DNA of 64,000 nt from Cyanobacteriota bacterium (GTDB lineage: Bacteria > Cyanobacteriota > Cyanobacteriia > PCC-6307 > Cyanobiaceae): the NCBI GenBank assembly GCA_046052125.1, contig JBJOMY010000005.1, positions 96,001 to 160,000 of the forward strand, written 5' to 3'. The position numbers and the translations under genes were made by a program. The notes beneath the pieces were generated by a model. It saw nothing but the letters and a program-made list of their open reading frames with translations. It had not been told where the DNA came from and ran no database searches. Positions 1-9,876 of the stretch are shown piece after piece (within the stretch, counting starts at the first letter, position 1; each line of letters starts with the position of its first letter).

Positions 1-779
1 CCGAGCGCGATTTGGGCCACCACGGCCATGGCCGCGAGCGCGGCAAGGGTGCGCTCCGCAGGACGCCGCCATGCCACCAGCAGCGCCGCAGTGATCACCG
101 CCAAAGCCACTGGACGGGCGCCGAGGCGATGGGCCAGCAACCAGCCGCACCCTTCCCCTGAGCTGAGGCAGCGCCCTGCAGCCCATTGGGTGGCCATCAG
201 GCCGCCTAGCAGGCACTGGCCGATCGCCAGCGCAGCAACCGCACCGATCAACCACGGCCAAGCGCGGTTGAGCCACTGAAGGCTCTGAATCGGAGTCGTT
301 TGAACCGGGAACGGCTCCAGCAGGGCCTGGGTGCAGGCACTGAGCAGAGCCACCAAGAGCAGCGCCGTGATCAAGTGCGCCGTGACCACTGGAAACGGCA
401 ACAGCAAGGTGACGGTGAGGGCACCCAAGCCGCCCTGCACAGCCACCAGCAGCAGCGCAGCCACCGAGAGCCAAGGCACCCAGCGGGGCAATTCACGACG
501 CCACCACCAAGTGGCCACCGCCTGCACCAACAGTCCCACTCCCACGATGAAGGCATCGAGCCGGTGGAACCACTCGAGGAACACCTGGAGGTTCATCTGC
601 CGGCCCGGCAAGAGTGAGCCGTAACAAAGCGGCCAGTCGGGACAGGCCAGACCGGCTTCCATGACGCGGGTGGCTCCTCCAATCCCCACCAACGCGATCA
701 GAGCCACCAGCAGGTGGGCGCTTAAGGCACCGAGAGCACCGCGTCGACTCGCAAGGGGTTGGAGCGTGATAGCCGTCAT
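1..779 (-). CDS. ctaA: Heme A synthase (COX15/CtaA), 3' end runs off the window
   Basis: Manual translation from ATG at 779: MTAITLQPLASRRGALGALSAHLLVALIALVGIGGATRVMEAGLACPDWPLCYG...FLEWFHRLDA. Has the GLACPDWPLC and EWxHR motifs and is divergent from the cox operon. Absent from the ORF track because no stop lies in the window. Confidence 0.92.
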   Translation of the reverse strand, partial: MTAITLQPLASRRGALGALSAHLLVALIALVGIGGATRVMEAGLACPDWPLCYGSLLPGRQMNLQVFLEWFHRLDAFIVGVGLLVQAVATWWWRRELPRWVPWLSVAALLLVAVQGGLGALTVTLLLPFPVVTAHLITALLLVALLSACTQALLEPFPVQTTPIQSLQWLNRAWPWLIGAVAALAIGQCLLGGLMATQWAAGRCLSSGEGCGWLLAHRLGARPVALAVITAALLVAWRRPAERTLAALAAMAVVAQIAL

Positions 780-964
780 CCCGTCGCGCCAACTGCAGTT
801 GCGATGAAGCTAACGATGGCTACAGCGAGGCACACGATTGCATCAATTGCCGTTGCATACGGTGTGCGATCCCTCACCAGATCCCACACGATTGCTGCGA
901 ACATCAACAGCGGCAACACGGGCGCCTGGAACCTCCATAGGGTTAGGCAAACAAAGCCGCAGCC

Positions 965-1795
965 ATGCGGATCCCCGCCTCCATCCTCACCTTGCTGGCC
1001 GGCATGGCCCTGGTGCTCACAGGGCTGTGGGTAGGCCAGAACGTGAATTTGCTGCCCGCCCAAGCCAGCGCGAACGCGCCGGTTTACGACGAGCTCTTTA
1101 AGGTTTTGTTCAGCATCGGCACGATCCTGTTTGTCGGGATCGTGGGTCTGATCGTCTACAGCCTGGCCCGGTTCAGGCGTCGTGCCGGCGAAACAGGCGA
1201 TGGCCTTGCCATTGAAGGCAATCTGCCGCTTGAAATTCTCTGGACCGCGATTCCGGCGGTGGTGGTGCTGTTCGTCGGCATCTACAGCTACGACATCTAC
1301 GACCGCATGGGCGGGATGACGCCACTCAACGACCACAGCATGCATGCGATGGCCGGGAGCGAAGAACGCACCTGGGGCGGCATCAGCCCGGTATCCCTCG
1401 AAGGTGATCCGGCCGTCGCGCCCCTACCGGTGGATGTCACCGCGATGCAGTTCGCCTTCATCTTTCACTACCCCGACTCCGACATCACCTCCGGTGAGCT
1501 TCACGTTCCGGTGGGACAACCGGTAGCGCTGCAGATGAAAGCCCTCGACGTGATCCACGCCTTTTGGGTGCCGCAGTTCCGGCTGAAGCAGGACGTGATT
1601 CCTGGCCAGCCCACCCTGCTGAGCTTCACACCCACCCGCCCCGGTCAATACCCGATCGTGTGCGCCGAGCTGTGTGGGCCGTATCACGGCGGCATGCGCT
1701 CCAGCGTGATCGTTGAAGAACCCGAAAGCTTCGCCGCTTGGGTCGCGAAGAACAGTCCGGCAGCTTCTGCCACCACCACAGCGGTGCAGTCATGA
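965..1795 (+). CDS. ctaC: Cytochrome c oxidase subunit II
   Basis: LEILWTAIP, DVIHAFWVP and CuA motif CAELCGPYHGGM. Confidence 0.97.
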   Translation: MRIPASILTLLAGMALVLTGLWVGQNVNLLPAQASANAPVYDELFKVLFSIGTILFVGIVGLIVYSLARFRRRAGETGDGLAIEGNLPLEILWTAIPAVVVLFVGIYSYDIYDRMGGMTPLNDHSMHAMAGSEERTWGGISPVSLEGDPAVAPLPVDVTAMQFAFIFHYPDSDITSGELHVPVGQPVALQMKALDVIHAFWVPQFRLKQDVIPGQPTLLSFTPTRPGQYPIVCAELCGPYHGGMRSSVIVEEPESFAAWVAKNSPAASATTTAVQS

Positions 1796-3471
1796 CGATC
1801 AGCCTGATGCCTGAAACCAGCAGCACGGGTTCGCTTCAACCTCAGGGCTGGCTGCGCTACCTGAGCTTCAGCACCGACCACAAGGTGATCGGGCTGCAGT
1901 ACATGGTGTGCGGTTTCATCTTCTACCTGATTGGTGGAGCTCTGGCCGGCGCGATTCGCACCGAGCTGATCACACCGATCTCGGATTTCCTCCCCAGGGA
2001 GACCTACAACGAAGTGCTCACCCTGCACGGCACGGTGATGATCTTCCTCTGGATCGTGCCGGTGGTGAATGGCGCCTTCGGCAACTACCTGATCCCCTTC
2101 TATGTGGGGGCTCGGGATATGGCTTTCCCCAGACTCAATGCCGTGGCCTTCTGGCTGATCCCGCCAGCCGGGATCCTGCTGATCAGCAGCTATTTCTTTG
2201 CCAGCGCGGCCCAGTCCGGCTGGACGGCCTATCCGCCGCTCAGCACCACCACACCCGCAACCGGGCAGATCATCTGGATCCTGAGTGTGCTGCTGCTGGG
2301 CGGAAGTTCAATCTTTGGCGGCATCAATTTCATCGCCACGATCCTGAAGCTGCGGCGCCCGGGCCTCAAGCTGATGCAACTGCCGATGTATTGCTGGGCG
2401 ATGCTCGGCACCAGCATCCTGGTGGTGCTCTCCACGCCAGTGCTGGCCGGCACCCTGGTGCTCCTGAGCTTCGACATCATTGCCCACACCGGATTCTTCA
2501 ATCCGGCGATGGGCGGCAATGCCGTGGTGTATCAACACCTGTTCTGGTTTTATTCCCATCCGGCGGTTTACATCATGGTGCTGCCGGCCTTCGGCCTGGT
2601 GAGCGAGATCCTGCCGGTGCATGCCCGAAAGCCGCTGTTCGGTTACACCACGATGGTGTATTCCATCCTGGCGATTGTATTTCTCGGGCTGATCGTGTGG
2701 GCTCACCACATGTTCACGAGCGGCACACCGCCCTGGATGCGCCTGTTCTTCACGATCGCCACCGCCTTTATCGCCGTTCCCACGGGGATCAAATTCTTTA
2801 ACTGGCTCGCCACCCTCTGGGGCGGAAAGCTGAGCTTGAACACGGCGATGCTGTTCTGCTGCGGCTTCATCGTGAACTTTGTGTTCGGAGGAATCACCGG
2901 TGTGGCCCTGGCCCAGGTGCCTTTCGACATCCACGTGCATGACACCTACTTCGTGGTGGGCCATTTCCACTACATCGTCTACGGCGGCACGGTGTTCGTG
3001 ATCTTCGCCTCCATCTACCACTGGTACCCCAAGGTGACCGGGCGTCTATTGAACGAGCCCCTTGGGCAGCTGCATTTCTGGCTCACCTTTGTGGGATTCA
3101 ACCTCTGCTTTGCCCCCCAGCACTGGCTTGGCCTCAACGGCATGCCAAGGCGTGTCGCCGAATACGACCCCCAGTTCACGCTGATCAACCAACTGAGCAG
3201 TGCCGGTGCCCTGCTGATGGCGATCAGCACGCTGCCATTCCTGATCAACGTGGTGATGAGCGCCTTCAACGGCGACCCCGCCGGCGACAACCCCTGGAAT
3301 GCGCTCACACCAGAGTGGCTCACCAGCTCGCCACCGCCTGTGGAGAACTGGAAGGGTGAGCCGCCCCTGGTGCACGAGCCCTACGGCTACGGCGTTGCAC
3401 CGGGAGAGCTCAGCCTCGAAGCCAGCAGCGGCCGCGACCTGTGGAGCCTTGGACAGAGAGATCAGCCATGA
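1792..3471 (+). CDS. ctaD: Cytochrome c oxidase subunit I
   Basis: STDHKVIG, WFYSHPAVY, WAHHMF, VVGHFHY motifs; ATGA overlap with ctaC. Confidence 0.98.
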   Translation: MTISLMPETSSTGSLQPQGWLRYLSFSTDHKVIGLQYMVCGFIFYLIGGALAGAIRTELITPISDFLPRETYNEVLTLHGTVMIFLWIVPVVNGAFGNYLIPFYVGARDMAFPRLNAVAFWLIPPAGILLISSYFFASAAQSGWTAYPPLSTTTPATGQIIWILSVLLLGGSSIFGGINFIATILKLRRPGLKLMQLPMYCWAMLGTSILVVLSTPVLAGTLVLLSFDIIAHTGFFNPAMGGNAVVYQHLFWFYSHPAVYIMVLPAFGLVSEILPVHARKPLFGYTTMVYSILAIVFLGLIVWAHHMFTSGTPPWMRLFFTIATAFIAVPTGIKFFNWLATLWGGKLSLNTAMLFCCGFIVNFVFGGITGVALAQVPFDIHVHDTYFVVGHFHYIVYGGTVFVIFASIYHWYPKVTGRLLNEPLGQLHFWLTFVGFNLCFAPQHWLGLNGMPRRVAEYDPQFTLINQLSSAGALLMAISTLPFLINVVMSAFNGDPAGDNPWNALTPEWLTSSPPPVENWKGEPPLVHEPYGYGVAPGELSLEASSGRDLWSLGQRDQP

Positions 3472-4064
3472 CCAGCACCCACCCAGAAACTGTTCAGCAC
3501 GACGCCACTGAGGCGGAGCACGGCCACAGCGATCACCGCCTGTTTGGCCTCGCCACCTTCCTGGTGGCCGATGGCATGACCTTCGCCGGCTTCTTCGCGG
3601 CGTACCTCACCTTCCGGGCCGTGAACCCCCTCCCGGCCGGGCACAGCTACGAACTGGAGTTGGTGTTGCCCACCATCAACACCGTGCTGTTGCTGGTGAG
3701 CAGCTTCACCTTCCACCGCGCCGGCGCGGCCCTGCGTCGGGGTAACCACCCCCTGTGCCAGCGCTGGCTGCTGGTGACGGCGTTGCTGGGCTTCAGTTTT
3801 CTGGCTGGTCAGATGAAGGAATACTTCTCGCTGCCCTTTGGCCTCACCGACAATCTGTTTGCCAGCACCTTTTATGCGATCACGGGCTTTCACGGCCTGC
3901 ACGTGACCCTGGGCGGGCTGATGATCCTGATCGTGTGGTGGCAGAGCCGCGAGGGCGGCCGCATCAGCGTGGACAACCAGTTCCCCTTGGAAGCGGCCGA
4001 GCTCTACTGGCACTTCGTGGACGGGATCTGGGTGATCCTCTACGGGCTCCTCTATCTGCTTTGA
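3468..4064 (+). CDS. ctaE: Cytochrome c oxidase subunit III
   Basis: TGFHGLHV and YWHFVDGIW motifs; ATGA overlap with ctaD. Confidence 0.97.
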   Translation: MTSTHPETVQHDATEAEHGHSDHRLFGLATFLVADGMTFAGFFAAYLTFRAVNPLPAGHSYELELVLPTINTVLLLVSSFTFHRAGAALRRGNHPLCQRWLLVTALLGFSFLAGQMKEYFSLPFGLTDNLFASTFYAITGFHGLHVTLGGLMILIVWWQSREGGRISVDNQFPLEAAELYWHFVDGIWVILYGLLYLL

Positions 4065-4177
4065 ATTTTTTCTTTCACTTTGCCCTTGCGGTTGATTGGA
4101 GTTGATCGGCACAATCGGTCGAACAATCCTCAGCCAAGCCGGTGTTCGTCGAAGAGAAAGTGATCACACCCGTGCAG

Positions 4178-4567
4178 ATGCTGGAAGGGAAGGCACTGCT
4201 CGATAAAGCCCGATCACTGAGCAATCGTCCGGAAGATCAGATTGCTCGAGCCTGTGGCTATGTAGGTCCGAGCGGCCGCGTGCTCAAGAAGAGTTTCTAC
4301 CGGGCCCTGGTGGAAGCGAAGGGCTACAAGTTGCCCAGCCAGAGCAGCAGCACTGGCGGTGGCTCCGGTACCCGTGGCAGACAGGCTGAGTTCCGCACCC
4401 GGGTGCACGGCAACGGCAATCTGCTGATTGGCCATGCCTACACCCGCCGCATGGGATTGGAGCCCGGCCAGGAATTTCGGATCGAAATTCACCAGGAAAC
4501 GGGCTCCATCTGGTTGCTGCCCATGCAAGAGGGCAGCGGCACCGACTTGATCGATCAGGCCGGCTGA
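4178..4567 (+). CDS. Cyanobacterial AbrB-like transcriptional regulator (cyAbrB)
   Basis: ARACGY, FYRALVEAKG, RVHGNGNLLIGHAYT...GLEPGQEF typical of cyAbrB; start could be up to 4142. Confidence 0.88.
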   Translation: MLEGKALLDKARSLSNRPEDQIARACGYVGPSGRVLKKSFYRALVEAKGYKLPSQSSSTGGGSGTRGRQAEFRTRVHGNGNLLIGHAYTRRMGLEPGQEFRIEIHQETGSIWLLPMQEGSGTDLIDQAG

Positions 4568-5157
4568 GACGGACCACCACGATCATCGGGGCCGTGGAAG
4601 GCAGCACTGAACACCAGCAGATCGATGCCGCTGAACAGGAAACTGATCCCCACCAGGATGCCCAGCACGGTCAATTGCGCTGCGCCCGGCATTGTCACGA
4701 TGATCAAACCGAGGATGAAAGTGACGACACCATTAGCCAGGCCCCAGCCCCAGCCGTTCATCGTGCGATGCGAGAGCGCCACAATCGCGGCCACCACCCC
4801 CTCCAGCAAGAACACGATTCCAACTGCGACAGCGAGGCTGGCGATCTCTAGGGCGGCCTTGTCAATGCCGGCACTCAACTGCTGAATGATCCAGGCGCCG
4901 GTGACCAGGAACAGGGTCGACACCACCAGACGCCAGAAGCAATGCCAGCGCGAGAGCCGCCTGGAGCGGTTGAGGCTGTTGATCCAGCCGAAGATGCCGC
5001 CCACCAGGAAGGCCAGCGCCACGATCACGGTGACCCAGGCCGAGGCGATCACGGGGAACAGCAACGCCAGCACCCCCAGCACCAGCAGCAGGATGCCTTC
5101 GGCGACGGTGAAACTGCGCAGGGAGCTCAGATCGAGCTCCGGTTGATCAGAAGCCAT
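4555..5157 (-). CDS. HdeD/DUF308 family membrane protein
   Basis: About six hydrophobic segments; GILLLVLGVLALLFP and GWGWGLANGVVTFILG patterns. Confidence 0.8.
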   Translation of the reverse strand: MASDQPELDLSSLRSFTVAEGILLLVLGVLALLFPVIASAWVTVIVALAFLVGGIFGWINSLNRSRRLSRWHCFWRLVVSTLFLVTGAWIIQQLSAGIDKAALEIASLAVAVGIVFLLEGVVAAIVALSHRTMNGWGWGLANGVVTFILGLIIVTMPGAAQLTVLGILVGISFLFSGIDLLVFSAAFHGPDDRGGPSQPA

Positions 5158-5212
5158 GAACGGTTCAGAGGGACCATCAACGCCCGGACGGTAGTCATGG
5201 CCTTGAGCTTCG

Positions 5213-5884
5213 TCAGCCCCAGCCGTGCTCGGCGAGCCAGGCGCGGCTGAGCTGGGGTGACGCCTCCTCAGCTTCCCCCGGTGCCATGCGGGTAGCGAGC
5301 AGCCGCTCGGTGTATTTCGCCAGCAGATCGGCCTCGAGATTCACGGCATCGCCGGCGCGCAGATGCTGCAGCGTGGTGGAGCTCCAGGTGTGCGGAATCA
5401 CCGCAATCCAAAACTCGGCGCCATCGGCACTGCAATCGGCAACCGTGAGGCTGATGCCATCCACTGCCACGCTGGCCTTCTCGCACACGTAGCGCCCGTA
5501 GCTGGGGTCTTGCCAGCGCAGCACCAGGCGCCATGAGGCCGGCTGTTGCTCCACCGCCACCACGGTGCCGAGGCCATCCACATGGCCGCTCACCAGATGT
5601 CCGCCGAGGCGATCCGCCAGACGCAGGGCCGGCTCGAGATTCACCCAGCCGCGGCGATCCGCCTTGGCCGACAGGGTGGTGCGCGAGAGGGTCTCCTCAC
5701 TCACATCGGCCTTGAACCCCTGGGCGGAGCGGTGGGTCACCGTGAGGCAGACGCCATCCACCGCCACGCTGTCTCCCAGCTGCAGGGCAGCCGGATCGAG
5801 GTGCGAACCGGCAGGGATGAGCAGCTCCACCCCGCCACTGCAGCGCTGCAGCTGACCCACGGCCTGCACCAGCCCGGTGAACAT
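5213..5884 (-). CDS. ribE: Riboflavin synthase (alpha subunit)
   Basis: MFTGLV start, GDSVAVDGVCLTV, VNLEPAL, GGHLVSGHVDG, VNLEADL. Confidence 0.96.
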   Translation of the reverse strand: MFTGLVQAVGQLQRCSGGVELLIPAGSHLDPAALQLGDSVAVDGVCLTVTHRSAQGFKADVSEETLSRTTLSAKADRRGWVNLEPALRLADRLGGHLVSGHVDGLGTVVAVEQQPASWRLVLRWQDPSYGRYVCEKASVAVDGISLTVADCSADGAEFWIAVIPHTWSSTTLQHLRAGDAVNLEADLLAKYTERLLATRMAPGEAEEASPQLSRAWLAEHGWG

Positions 5885-5939
5885 GCGGTGCCCCGATCAA
5901 CCCTGGCCATAATCGGGCAAAGGCGTCGGCAGGCAAGCG

Positions 5940-6521
5940 ATGGTTGAGATGCGCGTGGCCGGCATCGCCCTCGACGCCGCCAGTCGCAGCCCGATCGTGC
6001 TGCTGCGCGATCCCTCAGGCCGTCGCCAGGTGCCGATCTGGATTGACCAGGCCCAGGCGCAAAACATCATGGCGGGGCTCAAGGGGCAGACCCCGGCGCG
6101 GCCCCTCAGCCATGACCTGATGGTCCAGCTGCTGGAGGCCGGGGGTCTGGAGCTGCAGCGGGTGATCATCCACACCATCGAAGACAGCACCTTCCGGGCG
6201 GTGCTCAAGCTGATCGACGCCGATGGCGAAAGCCATGAGCTCGATGCCCGCCCCAGCGATGCGATCGCCCTGGCCCTGCGTACTGGCAGCGGCATCTGGA
6301 TGCTCGAGGAGGTGGTGGCCGATGCCTCGATCCCGGTGGATGCGGAGGCTGATGCGGAAGATGCCGCCGATTTCCGCCGCTTCCTCGACGGCATCAGCCC
6401 CGCCGAGCTGGTGCGCCATATCAACGAGGCCCAAGGCGAACTGGATCAGGGGCACGACGAGGAGGGCGATGACGACAGCGAAGCCGGCGGCAGTGAAGAC
6501 AGCGGCAGCCACCCCGCCTGA
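5940..6521 (+). CDS. Bifunctional nuclease family protein (DUF151)
   Basis: PIWI, RPLSHDL, DARPSDAIALA motifs. Confidence 0.92.
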   Translation: MVEMRVAGIALDAASRSPIVLLRDPSGRRQVPIWIDQAQAQNIMAGLKGQTPARPLSHDLMVQLLEAGGLELQRVIIHTIEDSTFRAVLKLIDADGESHELDARPSDAIALALRTGSGIWMLEEVVADASIPVDAEADAEDAADFRRFLDGISPAELVRHINEAQGELDQGHDEEGDDDSEAGGSEDSGSHPA

Positions 6522-7647
6522 GCGACGCGCCTTCGGGCGCGGCCCGGCGATCACGCCCTTCAGCCTGGGCACCATGCGTGCCACCGGCAGTGCCGAGCAG
6601 ATGGCTGCGGTGTTGGACGCCGCCCTCACTGCTGGCATCAATCACCTGGAAACCGCGCCGGCCTACGGCTCCGCCGAGCGCTACCTAGGCCAGGCGTTGC
6701 GCGCCAAGGCGGCAAGCGATCCAGGCACCATCAGCCAGCTGGTCATCACCAGCAAGCTGCTGCCAGGGATCGATTTCAGCGAAGGCCAGAAGCAGTTGCG
6801 GGCCATCCTGGAGCGATTGGGAGTCGACCAGCTGCACAACCTGGCCGTGCACGGCCTCAATAGGCCTGAGCACCTCGACTGGGCCTGCCAGGGAGCTGGG
6901 GCGGAGCTGCTGGCCTGGGCCGTGGGTGAAGGACTCGTGGGCCAGGTGGGCTTTTCCAGCCACGGCAGCACAGCTCTGATCGAGCAGGCCCTGGCCAGCG
7001 AGCGCTTCAGCTTCTGCAGCCTGCACGTGCATCTGTTCGACCAGACGCGCCTGCCCCTGGCACGTGCGGCCCTGGCGGCAGGGATCGGTGTGCTGGCGAT
7101 TTCCCCAGCCGATAAAGGCGGCCGCCTCTACGCCCCATCTCCCGAGTTACTGGCCGACTGTGCGCCGATCCAGCCGCTGGAGCTGGCCTATCGCTTCCTG
7201 CTCGATCAGGGCATCTCGACCCTGAGCCTGGGGGCCGAGCAGCCCGAGGATCTGGCCCTGGCCGCGCAGCTGAGTGGTGCCAACCCCTGGCTTGAACCAG
7301 AGCACCAGGCAGCGCTGGAGCGGCTCGCCGCCGCCGGCCGGGAACGGCTGGGGGACACCGCCTGCGGCCAATGCCGGGCCTGCCTGCCCTGCCCCCAGGC
7401 GGTGCCGATTCCGGAGCTACTGCGCTTGCGCAACCTGGCTGTGGGCCACGGCATGAGCGCCTTCGCTGAGGAGCGCTACAACCTCATCGGCCGAGCAGGC
7501 CATTGGTGGGAGGAGCTCAACGCCAGTGCCTGCAACAACTGCGGCGAGTGCTTGCCCCGTTGTCCGCATCAGTTACCGATTCCCGAGCTGCTGGCCGACA
7601 CCCATCAGCGCCTGGCAGCAGCCCCCCGGCGCCGGCTCTGGGGCTGA
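6469..7647 (+). CDS. Aldo/keto reductase with C-terminal 4Fe-4S dicluster domain
   Basis: SLGTMR, GINHLETAPAYG, GFSSHG; C-terminal CGQCRACLPCP and CNNCGECLPRCP; GAGGAGGG precedes ATG 6469; start uncertain. Confidence 0.85.
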   Translation: MTTAKPAAVKTAAATPPERRAFGRGPAITPFSLGTMRATGSAEQMAAVLDAALTAGINHLETAPAYGSAERYLGQALRAKAASDPGTISQLVITSKLLPGIDFSEGQKQLRAILERLGVDQLHNLAVHGLNRPEHLDWACQGAGAELLAWAVGEGLVGQVGFSSHGSTALIEQALASERFSFCSLHVHLFDQTRLPLARAALAAGIGVLAISPADKGGRLYAPSPELLADCAPIQPLELAYRFLLDQGISTLSLGAEQPEDLALAAQLSGANPWLEPEHQAALERLAAAGRERLGDTACGQCRACLPCPQAVPIPELLRLRNLAVGHGMSAFAEERYNLIGRAGHWWEELNASACNNCGECLPRCPHQLPIPELLADTHQRLAAAPRRRLWG

Positions 7648-7648
7648 C

Positions 7649-8737
7649 TTACGCCCTCGCTACCATCGCCTCATCCCACAGCCCCTGCCAGCGCTGCTGC
7701 TGCGGCGCAGCCAGGGGCAGAAGGCTGTTGCAGCGCGACAACACGTCCGCGGGCGGCAGCAGCAGGGGCCGCAAGCGCTCGGGCCAGCGCGCCAGCGCGG
7801 ACTGCAACTGCTGTTGCGGGAGTGGAGGCACCCATCCAGCGGCGAGCAACCGATGCAACAGCGGCAGGCTGAGACCATCTCGCAGCCACTCCAGCGGCAG
7901 TGGCGGCAGCGGCTGATCGGCTCGAGCCGGGGCGATCCGCACCAGCAACTGCCACCAGAGCGGCGAGCCGGAGGCTGGCAACAGCGCCGTCAGCCGCGGA
8001 TCACGCTGGAGCAAGGGCACGGCCCGCTGACTGGGAACCACCGCCGCATCCGCCTCACCAGCCAACAGCAGATTGAGCCCGTTGGGCTCATCGAGGCTGA
8101 GGGCCTGAGCGTGCAAACGCCGTACCTGAGCCGGCAGGCGTGGATCCTCGATCGCGCTGGCCTCAAGGCTGGAGAGACCCAGCTGGCGCATCGCCAGATC
8201 GATCAACAGCCGCGGGCTGGATGGAAGCACCAATCGTTGCCGCAGGCTTGGATCCAGCAGCAAATCCCAACCCTCGGCGCGGCGGCGCTGGAGATCCGGG
8301 CGATTGCGCAGCAGGATCACCCAGGTTCCGAACGCCCAGGGGAAGGCCCGAGCGGGGGCCTCCGGCCCTGCAAAGAGACGACTGGGGGCCTGAGCGATCG
8401 GATCGAGCAGCTGCAGCAGCGCCGGTGCCTCCAGGGGTTGCAGGCGAGCCACCGGCAGCTGCTGAGCCCAGCCATCCCCCAGGCTGAGCAGGAGGGGCTG
8501 GTCCTGCGGCTGGCGCAACACCTCCAGCAGTGCCGCGGGGGTGTCCAGTTGCTCCGATCGCCAGCTGGGCGGCAAGGCCTTCAACCAGGCGGCGGGCAAC
8601 TCGCCCCGCGCACTCAGCAAACGGCCAGCATCCCCGCCGTTGCGGCATCCCGCCAGCGCGCCAGAGGCCAAGAGCGTTCCACCCAGGCTGGCCAGCCGCA
8701 GCACCTGGCGGCGCGAGAAGGAATGGGCTTGGGCCAT
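7649..8737 (-). CDS. Extracellular solute-binding lipoprotein (PotD-like ABC substrate-binding protein) with Tat-like signal
   Basis: SRRQVL twin-arginine motif, LAGC lipobox, FPWAFG and GWDLLLDP segments. Confidence 0.6.
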   Translation of the reverse strand: MAQAHSFSRRQVLRLASLGGTLLASGALAGCRNGGDAGRLLSARGELPAAWLKALPPSWRSEQLDTPAALLEVLRQPQDQPLLLSLGDGWAQQLPVARLQPLEAPALLQLLDPIAQAPSRLFAGPEAPARAFPWAFGTWVILLRNRPDLQRRRAEGWDLLLDPSLRQRLVLPSSPRLLIDLAMRQLGLSSLEASAIEDPRLPAQVRRLHAQALSLDEPNGLNLLLAGEADAAVVPSQRAVPLLQRDPRLTALLPASGSPLWWQLLVRIAPARADQPLPPLPLEWLRDGLSLPLLHRLLAAGWVPPLPQQQLQSALARWPERLRPLLLPPADVLSRCNSLLPLAAPQQQRWQGLWDEAMVARA

Positions 8738-8766
8738 GGGCCGACCCTAAGAGGCGAATGCTGCCC

Positions 8767-9876
8767 TCACCGCAGCAGCGCACAGGCCTGATCGCAAAGC
8801 GCTGCCAGCTCGTCTGGGCTGCGGCCGCTCAGCTGCCAGAGGGCGGCGAGACCACCGGCACCAACCCCTTCCTTCACGTAGCCCTGCTCAAAGGCCAGGA
8901 GTTCGGGCGAGCGGCAGCTGCTGAAACGCAAACCAGCAGCAAACGCCAGCGGCTCACAGCTCCAGCGGCGGCCCAGCTGCTCCAGCAACAAGGTGAGATT
9001 GCTGCTGCGCTCCGCCGCCACCCAGGCGGTGGTGGCCAAAGCGGCCTGAGCGATCAGCTGCGAACGATCCGCGGCAGGGGTGAGCTCCAAGGCCAGAGCC
9101 AGCACAGCCGCCATCTGGCTGCCACCAGCCAGCAGCACCGGCAGCCCTGCCAGGGCAGCGGCCTGCAGCAGACCAGCGGCCAGGGGCTGCATGGGATCAC
9201 CCACCGCCGCGAGCACCGCTTCAGCGCCAGCTGGGCTGGCCAGCTGTGCCGCCGCCAGGCCGCGGGCCACCAGATCGGCTTTGAGGCGGTGGGCTGGTTC
9301 CCGCAAACTGCCGCTCACCAAGCCGGCCGCCTCCACCCCAAGCCCCTGGAGCACAGCCTGGGCAGTGCTGGTGCCGCCGGGCACACACTCCGCCACCAGC
9401 AGGGGCTGGCCGAGCCTGGCGAGCTGGCGTCCCCAGCGGCGCCCAAGCTCCAGCAGCTGCTGCACCCGTTGGGGCTCCATGGCCGCACCACCACTGAGGC
9501 ACTGCGCCGGCCCCTGACCGAGCTGCAGATGCGGCACCGCCGGTGCCACAGACGCTCCGGCATCCACCACAAGGGGACTCAGGCCCAGCTGCTCCACCAC
9601 CACCCTGGCGATCAGGGCCGGACTCACCCCCGCCGGCAGGGGCGGCAGGGCATGGGGCCTGGGCTCAGAGGGGCCGAGCAGCAGCAATTCAGCGTCTGCA
9701 GCGGCGGTGCGGCGGCGGCTCTCAGGCGTGGAGCCTGCCGCGGAGATGCCCGGCACCGCAGCGGTGGCTGTACCCGCCAGCAGCAGCAGCACGCGGGTGG
9801 CCTCCGCGGCGATGGAGAGCTGGTGGCACCAGTGGTCCGCCTGCAGCGGATCGCCGCTGAGGCGTTGCAGCGTCAA
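8767..9876 (-). CDS. cobT: Nicotinate-nucleotide--dimethylbenzimidazole phosphoribosyltransferase (cyanobacterial/archaeal CobT type)
   Basis: ECVPGGTSTA, GDPMQ, LAGGSQM, GYVKEGVGAGG; probable TTG start overlapping the upstream stop. Confidence 0.88.
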   Translation of the reverse strand: MTLQRLSGDPLQADHWCHQLSIAAEATRVLLLLAGTATAAVPGISAAGSTPESRRRTAAADAELLLLGPSEPRPHALPPLPAGVSPALIARVVVEQLGLSPLVVDAGASVAPAVPHLQLGQGPAQCLSGGAAMEPQRVQQLLELGRRWGRQLARLGQPLLVAECVPGGTSTAQAVLQGLGVEAAGLVSGSLREPAHRLKADLVARGLAAAQLASPAGAEAVLAAVGDPMQPLAAGLLQAAALAGLPVLLAGGSQMAAVLALALELTPAADRSQLIAQAALATTAWVAAERSSNLTLLLEQLGRRWSCEPLAFAAGLRFSSCRSPELLAFEQGYVKEGVGAGGLAALWQLSGRSPDELAALCDQACALLR

